NCBI GenBank assembly: GCA_038226425.1
Contig: JBBRQL010000003.1
Span: 1-46,808, forward strand
Length of the DNA stretch: 46,808 bases
Reading direction: 5' to 3'
Source of the DNA: Verrucomicrobiota bacterium
Lineage (GTDB): Bacteria; Verrucomicrobiota; Verrucomicrobiia; Limisphaerales; UBA9464
Of this stretch, positions 1-10,500 are shown piece by piece. The notes below the pieces were generated by a model, which worked only from the letters and a program-made list of their open reading frames with translations, was not told the DNA's origin and ran no database searches. Within the stretch, counting starts at the first letter, position 1. Each line of letters opens with the position of its first letter. Both the position numbers and the translations under genes were made by a program.

Positions 1-1
1 C

Positions 2-574
2 GCGGTCCAGCGGGACCTCCGGAAGGTCCGCATCCTCTCCGGCCTCGCGGCGACGGTCGTCGTCCTCGCGGCCGTCTTCGGGCTGCGCGCCTATCTCGTC
101 GGGAAACGCGAAGCCGTCCTCGCCGCGGCCAGGGCCGAGCTGGCCGATGCCGAGAAGAAACGCCCGGTCTACCGGAAGATGATCCAGCAGGCGGGCGTCG
201 TGGACGACTGGATCAAGGCGGACCGCGATTGGCTGGTCCACTACGCCTATCTCACATCGGTCCTCCCGCCGAGCGAGGAGGTCTACCTGACCTCGCTCGC
301 GGTCAGCGGCCAGGGATCCGTCCGCCTCGCCGTCCAGGCGCGGAGCGGCGAGACCTTGGCGCGCCTCGACAAGCAGCTGCGCGCGGCCGGCTACGACGTC
401 AAACCGGTCGCCATCACGCCGGGACCGGACCGTTTCGGCTACGAGTTCCGTTCGACCGTCGAGCTGACCGTGCCCGACAAGCTCAAGATCGACCTGCACA
501 AGGTGAGGCCCGCCGTCCGCCCGATCGACGATGTGTCGCTCGAGGCCTCGGCCTACAAGCGAGGTGGCGCATGA
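2..574 (+). CDS. PilN/GspL-like inner-membrane assembly protein (5' partial)
   Basis: Frame is open from base 2: TM helix (ILSGLAATVVVLAAVFGL), coiled coil, then a PilN-like ferredoxin fold (LPPSEEVYLTSLAVSGQGSVRLAVQA). Stop overlaps the next ATG (ATGA 571-574). Confidence 0.7.
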   Translation, partial: AVQRDLRKVRILSGLAATVVVLAAVFGLRAYLVGKREAVLAAARAELADAEKKRPVYRKMIQQAGVVDDWIKADRDWLVHYAYLTSVLPPSEEVYLTSLAVSGQGSVRLAVQARSGETLARLDKQLRAAGYDVKPVAITPGPDRFGYEFRSTVELTVPDKLKIDLHKVRPAVRPIDDVSLEASAYKRGGA

Positions 575-1599
575 ACCCGCGCGAGAAGGTCATGGCCGCT
601 GCCGTCGGGGGCGTCGTCGCCCTCGTGCTCGTCGTCGCGGGCGTGCGGTCCGTCCTGTTGGCGCCGTTGCGCGAGATCGACAAGACCACCGCCGTCGTGC
701 GCGAGAAGATCGCGAAGATCCAGGCCGACCGCCGCGCGTACTTCGTGGCCGAGGACAAGCTCAAGACCGTCGCGATGCGGACCTTCGCCGACAGCGTCGA
801 TCCCGCGAGCGCCAAGTCCGGCGAGATCCTCACGCAGCAGATCCTCGCGACGGGGCTGGAGGAATCGGATTTCACCCGCCTGCCGATCCAGCCGCGGAAA
901 CTCCGGGGCGCCTACGAGCTGGGCTGGAACGTCCAGGGCGACGGCCCGCTCACCAAGGTGGTGAACCTGTTGTTCCTCCTGAACGAATCCCCGTGGCTGC
1001 ACCGCACGGAGAACCTCACCGTCGCGAACGGCGACGCGCCGGGCAACGTGCGGGTCCGCTTCCGCTACCTCACCCTCGTGCTGGACCCGGCGCCCGATAT
1101 CGTGAGGACCAACCTCGCGCCGGCCCGGACGCTCGAGTCGCCCGAGCGCCACCTGCTCAACAGCATCGTCTCGCGCGACATCCTGCGGCCCTACATCAAG
1201 CGTCCGCCCGCGCCCGTCCTCCCCGGGCAGCCGCCGCGGCCGGCTTCCAAGCCCGGGGTGCCGCCCGGCCCGGAGACCTTCCGCGTCGTCTCGTTGTCCG
1301 AGTGGCGCGGCCAACCGGAGGTCCACATGCGCGACCTCTCGGCGGGCAAGACCGTCCGCTACCGGCCCGGTGACGAGCTCGCCGGCGGCACCGTCGCGAT
1401 GGTCGATTACCGGTCGCTGCCGATGCCCGGCAACTCGCTGCTCATGTCCTCCAGCCGGTTGATCCTCAAGGTCGGCGCCGATTACTACGCGGTCGAGCGC
1501 GGCCGCACCCTTGCCGAGAAACGCCGGCTGGACGCTTCCGAACTTCCTCCCGAGCTGGCCCAAGCGGCCGCGAAACCCCTTTCCTCTTCCAAGCCATGA
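571..1599 (+). CDS. PilO/GspM-like protein with Pro-rich linker and C-terminal GspC/PilP-like beta domain (342 aa)
   Basis: True start MNPREKVM at 571 (ATGA overlap). 'xxREK' plus TM is typical of GspM/PilO, followed by a ferredoxin-like region (VQGDGPLTKVVNLLFLLNESPWLHR), a Pro-rich stretch, then FRVVSLSEW..VHMRD..KTVRYRPGDELAGGTV. Confidence 0.65.
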   Translation: MNPREKVMAAAVGGVVALVLVVAGVRSVLLAPLREIDKTTAVVREKIAKIQADRRAYFVAEDKLKTVAMRTFADSVDPASAKSGEILTQQILATGLEESDFTRLPIQPRKLRGAYELGWNVQGDGPLTKVVNLLFLLNESPWLHRTENLTVANGDAPGNVRVRFRYLTLVLDPAPDIVRTNLAPARTLESPERHLLNSIVSRDILRPYIKRPPAPVLPGQPPRPASKPGVPPGPETFRVVSLSEWRGQPEVHMRDLSAGKTVRYRPGDELAGGTVAMVDYRSLPMPGNSLLMSSSRLILKVGADYYAVERGRTLAEKRRLDASELPPELAQAAAKPLSSSKP

Positions 1600-4500
1600 A
1601 ACCCATCCGACTGGTCCTCCTCGGTGCTTGCCTGCTGGCCGGCCTCACGCTCGGCGCGCAAGACGCCGCCCGGCCGCCCGCGACCAACCCGCCGGCGTCC
1701 GTGAAGCCCGCGTCGCCGAAGCCCGACGTCGTCAGCGCCAAGACCGCGCCGGCCCGCGACATCCGCTTCCAGTTCGACGGCATCCCGTACTCCGACGTCG
1801 TGGAACGGTTCGCGCAGATGGCCGGACGTCCGCTGCTCTCCGACACCAACGTCGTCGGCTCGCTCACCTACGACGACCCGAACGCCTACACCTACAACGA
1901 GGCGCTCGACACGTTGAACCTCATGCTCGCCATGAAGGGCGTGATGCTGCTCGAGGACGGCAACAACCTGCGGCTCGTCCCGTTCAAGCAGCTCCCGTCG
2001 ATGCCCATCCGCATCATGCGCGGCACCGAGAACGCCGGAGACGTGCGCCCGGGCGAGGTCGTCACCGTCGTGCTCGACGTCGCCAACCTGGAGGCCAAGG
2101 AGGTCGCCGATTCCGTCCTGCCGATGCTCTCCAGCGCCGGTTCCGTCGCGCCGCTCTCGCGCGGCCGCGGCCTCGTCGTCACCGACCGCCTCTCGAACAT
2201 CCAGCGCGTCCGCACGCTGCTCGCCACCATCGGCACCGGCCAGTCCGCCGACCGCCAGATGAAGACCTACACGTTGCAGCACGCCTCCGGCGCCATCGTG
2301 TCGGACCTGCTCAACCGCACCTTCGGCATCGCCACCGCGCCGAAGCGGACCTCGTTCAACCCGAACACCAAGGCCATGGAGGTCCTGCCGCCGGATCCCG
2401 CCGACTACGTGACCTCGGTGTACGACGACGCCTCGCGCACGTTGCTGCTCTTCGGGCCGCCGGACCGATTGGCGCTGGCCGAGGAGCTGGTGAACAAGTT
2501 CGAGCAGAAGGACGGCTCGGCCGGCGACGTCCGCATCTATTACCCGCAATCGATGAAGGCCGACGAGCTGGCGAACTTGATCCGCCAAGCGATCCCCGGC
2601 GTCGCCGCCGCCAACGAATCCGCTTCCGCCGCCGCCACCAAGGCCCGCGTCATCCCCGACCTCGCGCTCAACCGCGTCATCGTCGCCGCGCCGCTCCCCG
2701 GCCAGCTCGACCAGATCGAGCAACTGGTGACCCGCGTGGACAAAGGCGTCCAGGGTGCCGTCGGCCAGAACGGCGAGAACTCGCTGGTGCCGACGCGCTC
2801 GCAGACGATCCAACTCACCAAGATCTTCCGGCCGCGCGCGACCGGCGCGACCAACGTGGCCAGCATCGTCCGCCAGGCGTTGACCCGGCGGAACAGCTCC
2901 GGCCAGGTCGCCACCACGGCCAGCGTGAGCTTCGACGCCGGCAGCCAGAGCGTCGTGGTGACCGGCTCGCCGGCGGATCTCCAGACGGCGACGGACATCG
3001 TATCGCAGATCGAGACCGGCACGTCGCAGCCGACACCGTTGCAGACGCGCTTCATCGATGTCGGCTCGCCCGAGGAGGCCCAGCGCATCCAGCCGCTGGT
3101 GGACCAGCTCTACCGCAACCAGACGGCGGACGGCTCGGCCGGCACGGTCGCGCACGCCAAGATCCTCGCCGACACCGGATCCGGCCGGCTCATCGTCACC
3201 GCGAGCCAAGACCATCTCGCCCGCATCGAGGCGCTGGTGAAGCAGCTCCGCGCGGACCGGCCGGAGGGCATGTCGCGCCATCTCCGGGTGGTCGTGCTGA
3301 AGCACACGCGAACCGACATCGCGTTGCCCGGCATCCAGAGCCTCGTCACCGAGCGGATGGCCGACCGGAGGTTCTCTTCCTTGCCCAAGCCTTCGCTCGT
3401 CGCCGACGCGCCGAACAACCGCATCCTCGTCACCGCGACCGACGAGCAGTTGAAGGAGATCGAGGACGCCGTCGCCGTGGTCGACATCGCCCCGGCGCAG
3501 GCCCAGCGCGAGCTCAGCGTCATCCCGCTCCAGGCGAGGACCGCGACGGAGATCATCCCGCTGGTCACGCAGCTCGTCGGCCAGCTCGCCGCGCCCGGCC
3601 AGCTCGCGCCGACCCTGATGGCCGACCCGACCGGCAAGCAGGTCATCGTGCTCGCCGTCGCCAAGGACCAGGAACGGGTGCGGACGCTGGTGAAGCAGTT
3701 CGACGTCACGGCCGCCACCGCCGCGCCGCGGCAGTTCCGCGGCGTCGAGATCTTCGGCCGCACCGCCGCCGAGTTCACGCCGCTGGTCCAGCAGCTCTAC
3801 CAAGAACAGATCCGCGGGCAGCCCGAGCCCGCCGGCGGCCCGGCGACGTTGATCGCCGAGACCAAGAACAACCGCATCATGGTCAGCGGCGGCGAGAAGG
3901 AGATCGCCCGCGTCGAGGCCATCATCCGCCAGCTCGACCCCGTCGCGGCCAAGGCGTCGAAAGAGGAGACCCGCGTCATCCGCCTCAAGACCGCTTCTGC
4001 CGCGGAGATCGCCGGTCTGGTCGAGAAGAGCCTCAACGCACAGACCCAGCAGGTCCGCGTGCTGCTCGACGCCCGCAGCAACAGCCTCGTCGTCACCGGC
4101 GAACGTGCCGCCGTCGAGGCCGCGTGGCAGATGGTCCAGCAGCTCGACACCCGCGGGGAATCCGGCCCGCGCGAGCTGCGCGTCATCGAGCTCAAGTCCG
4201 CCGATGCCGCGACCGTGGCGCCGATGGTGGGCAACCTCTTCGCCGAGCTGGTGAAGGACCAGCGCGGCGCCGATTACGTCTCCGCGACCAAGGTCGTGCC
4301 CGACACCTTGGCCAACCGCCTCATCGTCACCGGCAGCCACGCCGAGATCGAGCAGGTCGTCGCCCTCGTCGACCGCCTCGACAACGCCCCGCAACAGGCG
4401 CCCGGTGCCCGCGTCTTCAAGCTCAACATGGCCGAGGCCACGATGATGGCGCCCATCGTCTCCAACGCGATGGTGCGCTTCGACGCGCGCGGCCAGGCCG

Positions 4501-7500
4501 TAAAGCGCGTCACCGTCGCCGCCGACGAGAAGTCCAACTCGCTCATCGTCTCGGGCAGCCGTTCCGACCTGCAGGACGTCGAGTCCGTCATCGAGAAGCT
4601 CGACGGCGAATCCACCGGCAAGGAGCGCGTGCTCCGCATCTTCGACGTGAAGGGCGACCCCGACGCGCTCGCGGCCACCGTGCAGAAGGTCTTCGCCGCG
4701 CAGAACCCCGGCCGGAACATCGGCGGCCTGCTCAGCATCACGCCCGAGCCCGCCGGCAAGCGCCTGCTCGTGCTCGCCCCGCCCGCCACGCTCGCCCAGG
4801 TCGCCACCATGGTCACCGCGCTCGACGCCAACCCCGACCAGGGCATCCGCGAGCTCCATCCGGTCGAGCTGAAGAACGCGACGACGGCCGACCTGCTCCC
4901 GAAGGTCCGCCAGATCTACACCGAGCAGTCCCAGGGCAAGACCATCAAGGCCGCGTCCATCTACGGCGACGCCTCCGGCACCCGCCTGCTGGTCCACGGC
5001 ACCGAGGAACAGGCGTCTTCCATCCGCCAGATCGTCTCGACGATGGAGAGCCAGGCACCGTTGGCGCGGGAGACCAGGACGTTCGACCTGGGCAAGCTTT
5101 CCGAGGCGCAGCGCGTGCTGCCCCTGCTCCAGCAGTTCTACAAGGACCAGGTCGCCAGCAGCCCGCAATCGGGCATCGCCGACGCCCAGATCGTCAGCGA
5201 CGGCAAGACCGGACGCCTCCTGGTCAGCGCGCGCGCCGACCACCTGAAACTGATCGAGGACCTCGTCTCCCGACTCCAGGTCGTCGATGCCGGAGCGTCG
5301 GCGGCCCGCGAGACCCGGACTTTCGATGTCGGCACCGCGGCCGATGTGCAGCGCCTCCAACCGCTCGTCGCGCAGCTCTACAAGGACCAGTGGAAGGACA
5401 AGCAGGACACCGATCCGGCCGACGCCCAGATCATCGCCGACGCGAAGACCGGCCGCCTCATCGTCACCGGCAAGCCCGAGCACCTGAAGCAGATCGAGGC
5501 CATCCTCCAGCAGCTCGGCACCGGCAAGGCCCGCACCGAGAACCGCCAGACCCGCATCATCGACCTCACCACCGCCAGCGCCGTCGAGCTCGCCACCACC
5601 GTCCGCACGCTCTACGCCGAGGAGGCCAAGGGCCGTCTCGGCGGCCAGACGGCCGACACGCTCATCACGCCCGACACCGGCGGCAACCGCCTCATCCTCG
5701 TCGGCGACACCAACGAGCTGACCGCCGTCGAGGAGATCGTCCGCAAGCTCGACAAAGGCAGCGCCCAGAGCGCTTCCGCCCGCGTCTTCAAGATCAAGTC
5801 CGCAGACCCCGAGAAGGTCGCGGAGATCCTCACCACGTCGCTCGTCCGGTACGACGCCTACGGCCGGCCGCAGAAGCGGGCCACGGTCTCGGTCGATGCC
5901 AAGACCCGGACGCTGATCGTGACCGGCGACCCGAAGGAGCTCCAGGGCGTCTCGCTCATCATCGAGCAGCTCGACCAATCGCTCGGCGCCGTGCCCGAAC
6001 GCAAGACCAAGGTCATCACCCTCAAGCAGGGCCGTGCCGTGCTGCTTTCTCCGAAAGTCCGCCAGCTTTACAACGACCGGATCAAGAGCCTGCCTGAGCT
6101 GTCCACGTCGGAGATCCTCATCCTCGATGAGGGGGAGAGCAACCAGCTGATCGTCGCCGGCAACGATGCCCAACTGAAAGTGGTCGAGCAGATCGTCGAC
6201 GAACTGCAGTCGGCCCAACTCTCGCGGGGCGTGCGCGAAACGCGGCTGCTGGACGTGGGAAGCGCGGACGAACTGGCCCGCCTTCAACCGCTCGTCCAAG
6301 GGCTCTACAAGGATCGCATCCGGGGGCGTGACGCCAGCGATCCAGTGGACGCGCAGATCATCACCGACACCAAGAACGCGCGGTTCATCGTCACCGCCCG
6401 CACGAACCACATCGCCGAGATCGAGTCCATCATCGCGCAGCTGCGCAGCGGCGATGCCGCGTTCCAGCCCCGTGACACGCGGGTGATCGACCTCGCGACG
6501 GCCAACGCCGTGGAGCTCACCACGACGGTCCGCACCCTCTACACCGAGCAGGCCAAGAACCGCCCGGGCGCGCCCGCCGCCGACACCTTGATCACGCCCG
6601 ACACCAGCGGGAACCGCATCATCGTCACCGGCGCCACCAACGAGCTCGCCGTGGTCGAGGACATCATCCGCAAGCTCGACAAGGTCGGCGCCCAGAGCGC
6701 CAGCACGCGGGTCTTCAAGCTCAAGTCCGCCGATGCCGACAAGGTCGTCGAGATCCTCGCCACCGCGCTCGTCCGCTACGACGCCTACGGCCGCCCGCAG
6801 AAGCGCGTCAGCGTCGTCACCGATCCCAAGACCCGCACCATCATCGCCACCGGCGACCCCAAGGAGCTCCAGTCCGCCGCCGTCATCATCGAGCAGCTCG
6901 ACACGTCGCTCGGCACGCAGGCCGGTCGTTCGATGCGGGTGCTGACCGTGAAGAACCGCTCCGTCGGCGAGCTCGGCTCCAAGGTGCGTCAGGTCTACAC
7001 CGACCGCAGCAAGAGCCAGCCGGAGCTCGGCGGCAGCGAGGCCCTGATCCTCGAGGATGCCGCGAGCAACCAGCTCATCGTCGCCGGCACCGAGCCCCAG
7101 CTGGTCGCCATCGAGGAGATCGCCGTGCTCCTCCAGGCCGGAGGAGGCGGCGAGAACGGCCGCGCTGTCCGCGTCGTCTCCCTCGAGCGCAGCAACGCGA
7201 CCAGCCTGGTGGCGATGTTGTCCCAGCTCTACGCCAAGCAGATCGCCAGCCCGGATCCCGCGGTCCGCTTGATGGTCAGCGCCGGCGGGAACGAGCGCAC
7301 GCTCGTCGTCGACGCGCCCGCCGCCACCGCCGAGAAGGTCGAGCAGCTGGTGAAATCGATGGACCAGACCGATCCCGCCGCCCAGAACGTCATCCAGACG
7401 GTCCGCCTCACCAAGAGCCGCGCCGAGGACCTCGCCGAGGCCGTCAACCGCACGCTCACCAACCGCATCGGCTCCGGTCCCGGCGCCGGCCGCCGCGTCG

Positions 7501-10500
7501 CCGTCACCGCCGTCCCGGGCGCCAACAGCCTGCTCATCAACGGCCCGACCAACGCGGTGCAGGACGTCCTCAAGATCGTCCACGAGCTCGACACCGACGG
7601 CAACGGCAACCCGGGCGACATCGAGGTGCGGATCTACAAGCTCGAGAACGGCGTCGCCCGCGAGGTCTCGTCCGTGCTCCAGCAGCTGCTCCAGAACGTC
7701 ACCCGCAACCTCCGCGGCGGATCCGCCGACGGCGAAGGACGTCGCGGCCCGGCCGTCAGCGTGTCGATCGACGAACGGTCCAACAGCCTCATCGTCTCCG
7801 CCACGCCGGCGCACTTCCGCGTGGTCGAGAAGATCCTGCCGACGCTCGACAAGGCGCCCGAACGGTCCGACCGCGACGTCCAGTTCGTCTGGCTGCGCAA
7901 GGCCAAGGCCTTCGACGTCTCCTCCAAGCTCGACACGCTCTTCGAGGACCGTCCGCGCTCCGCCCGCCCGGTGATCGAGCCCGATATCTCGGCCAATTCG
8001 CTGACCATCATCGCCAAGCGCGGTGACATCCCGCAGATCCAGGACCTCGTCTCGCGGCTCGACGAGCAGGGCAAGGATTCCGCGGTGCAGGTGCGGTTGC
8101 GTCCGCTGGAACGCGTCGCCGCCGACCAGATGGCGAAGATGCTCGAGAGCATCTACCCGCAGGTCTCCGGCAAGTCGCTCCGTGTCGCCGACAAGGTCCC
8201 GGCCGCTCCCCCCGAGAAGAAGACCGACGACACCACGCCCGCCCCGGAGCCCGAGGTGGTCATCGCCGTGGACAAGGCGGCGAACGCCCTGATCCTTTCC
8301 GGACCGGCCCAGGAACTCGACAACGTCGAGCGCCTCGTCACCGACCTGTCGATCAACTCTCACGGAGACGAATCCGAGTTCCGGCTCTTCCCGATCAAGG
8401 ACGCCGATCCCGTGATCGTCGCCCGCACCCTCACCGAGCTGCTCAAGCAGGAGCCGGTCGCGGTGCCCTCCGCGTCGGGCGCCCCGATCCTCGTTTCGCC
8501 CAAGCAGCGCATCACCGTGGTCGCCGAGCCGCGCACGCGGTCCGTCATCGTCCGCGGACGGCCGACCGATTTCGCGCTGATGGAGTCGCTCATCCGCCAG
8601 CTCGACAACGCCGGGCAGATCACCCAGCTCGGCTTCCACATCGTGCCGTTGACCAACGCGCCTCCTGAGAAGGTCCTCCCGCTCGTGCAGCAGATGGTCG
8701 CGCAGCTCGCGGCCTCTCGGCCGGGAGAACCGGTGACCGTCGCGATGGACCAGCGTTCCCGCGGGCTCGTGGTGATCGGACGCGACACCATGGCCGCCCA
8801 GGTCGAGAAGATGATCCGTTCGCTCGACCAGCCCACGGCCAACGTCGAGGCGGTGGTGCAGATCATCTCGCTCCGCAAGACCGCCGCCGCACAGGTCGCG
8901 GCCGTCCTCCAAGGCATGCTCAAGCCCGGTGCCCAGGGCGAGTCGACCTCCGAATCCCGCGAGCTCCAGGACCAGGTCCGCCGCCTCAAGGTCCGCAACG
9001 ACGCCGGCGACGAGGTGGTGCTCGACCTCTCCAAGCCCGTCAAGATCGCCGCCGATCCTGCCGCCGGCGGCGGCAACCGGCTCGTCCTCACCTCGACGCC
9101 CGACAACCTCAAGGCCCTCGCCGCGCTGGTCGAGATGATGGATTCCGTGCCGGTGCTCGACGGCGTGAAGGTCCGCTTCGTGCCGCTCGAGCACGCCGAC
9201 GCCGCTGCCGTCGCGCAGGCCTTGACCACCATCTTCACCCAGGGCCGTCAGCTCGCCGCCGGCCCCGCCGGCCCGAACGCCGTCCCGGCCGACCAGGGCA
9301 AGGCGCTCGTGAGCCCGCTCAACGTCGCCGTCGACGCCCGGAGCAACACGCTCATCCTGAGCGGCCAGCCGGAGAGCCTCGAGCTCGCGCAGAAGGTCGT
9401 CGCCGACATGGACCGCGAGCAGATGAAGTTCGTGACCGACGTGAAGCTCTTCCGCCTCAAGCACGCCTCGGCCACGCGCCTCGTGCCGCTGCTCCAGTCC
9501 GCCTTCGCCGAAGGTCCGTCGGTCCCCGGCACCGAGGGCTTGTCCACCCAGATCACCCGCCTCCGCACCCTCCAGGAAGGCCAGCGCGCCAAGCTCAACG
9601 ACACGCCCAAGACCCGCGCGGCGCTGACCATCCAGGCGGACGACCAGGCCAACATCCTCGTCGTCGCCGCCCGCAGCGACAACATGCCGCTCATCGCCGA
9701 CATCATCGAGCAGCTCGACATCCCTGCCGCGTCCGGCCTCGAGACCGTGCGGATCTATCCGCTCGTCCACGCCGATCCCGCCGCGGTCCAGAAGATCCTG
9801 ACCGACCTCTACACCGGTCCGCGCGCGACGCCGCTGCGCAACGAGGACCGCCCGGTGATCACCGTGGACGCCCGCACCGGTTCGCTGATCGTCGCCGGCA
9901 ACGGCAAAGCGTTCGGCGTCATCGAGGGGTTGCTCAAGCAGCTCGACCAGAAGCTGCCCTTCGACCTCCGGGACATCGCGCTCATCCCGCTGGAGCACGC
10001 CGACGCCAACGTCGTCGCCCCGACGCTGCAGAAGCTGATGGATGCCCGAGTCACCCAGCGCGCCACCCTCAACCAGGGCCAGGCCGACGCGCTCAAGGTC
10101 GTGATCATGACCGACCAGCGCAGCAACGCGCTGCTCGTCGGCGGCGCGCGCGAGGGCTTCGAGCTGGTCCAGAACCTCGCCAAGCAGCTCGACCAGGCCA
10201 GCCCCGCGCTGAGCGGTCGGGTCCGGTTGATCCCGATGCAATACGCCGACGCGCGCGTCGTGGCCGGCACGATGACCACGCTCTTCGAGCAGCGCTACGC
10301 GGCCATCCGCACCGCCGACGTCCAGCGCAGCAAGCCGATCATCCTCGCCGACCCGCGCAGCAACTCGCTGCTTGTCGCCGCCAGCCAGGACGACAACCGG
10401 ACGCTCGACGACCTGTTGAAGCGCCTCGACGCCAAGCAGGACAACCCCGCCCTCGCGCTCACGGTCGTGCCGCTGAAGCACAACGATTCCGCCCGCGTCG

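Noticed and set aside
1511-6097. 1528-aa Arg/Pro-rich alternative-frame ORF (likewise 11336-13465, 17874-19826, 30981-33434)
   Set aside because: Typical off-frame translation of high-GC3 coding DNA.
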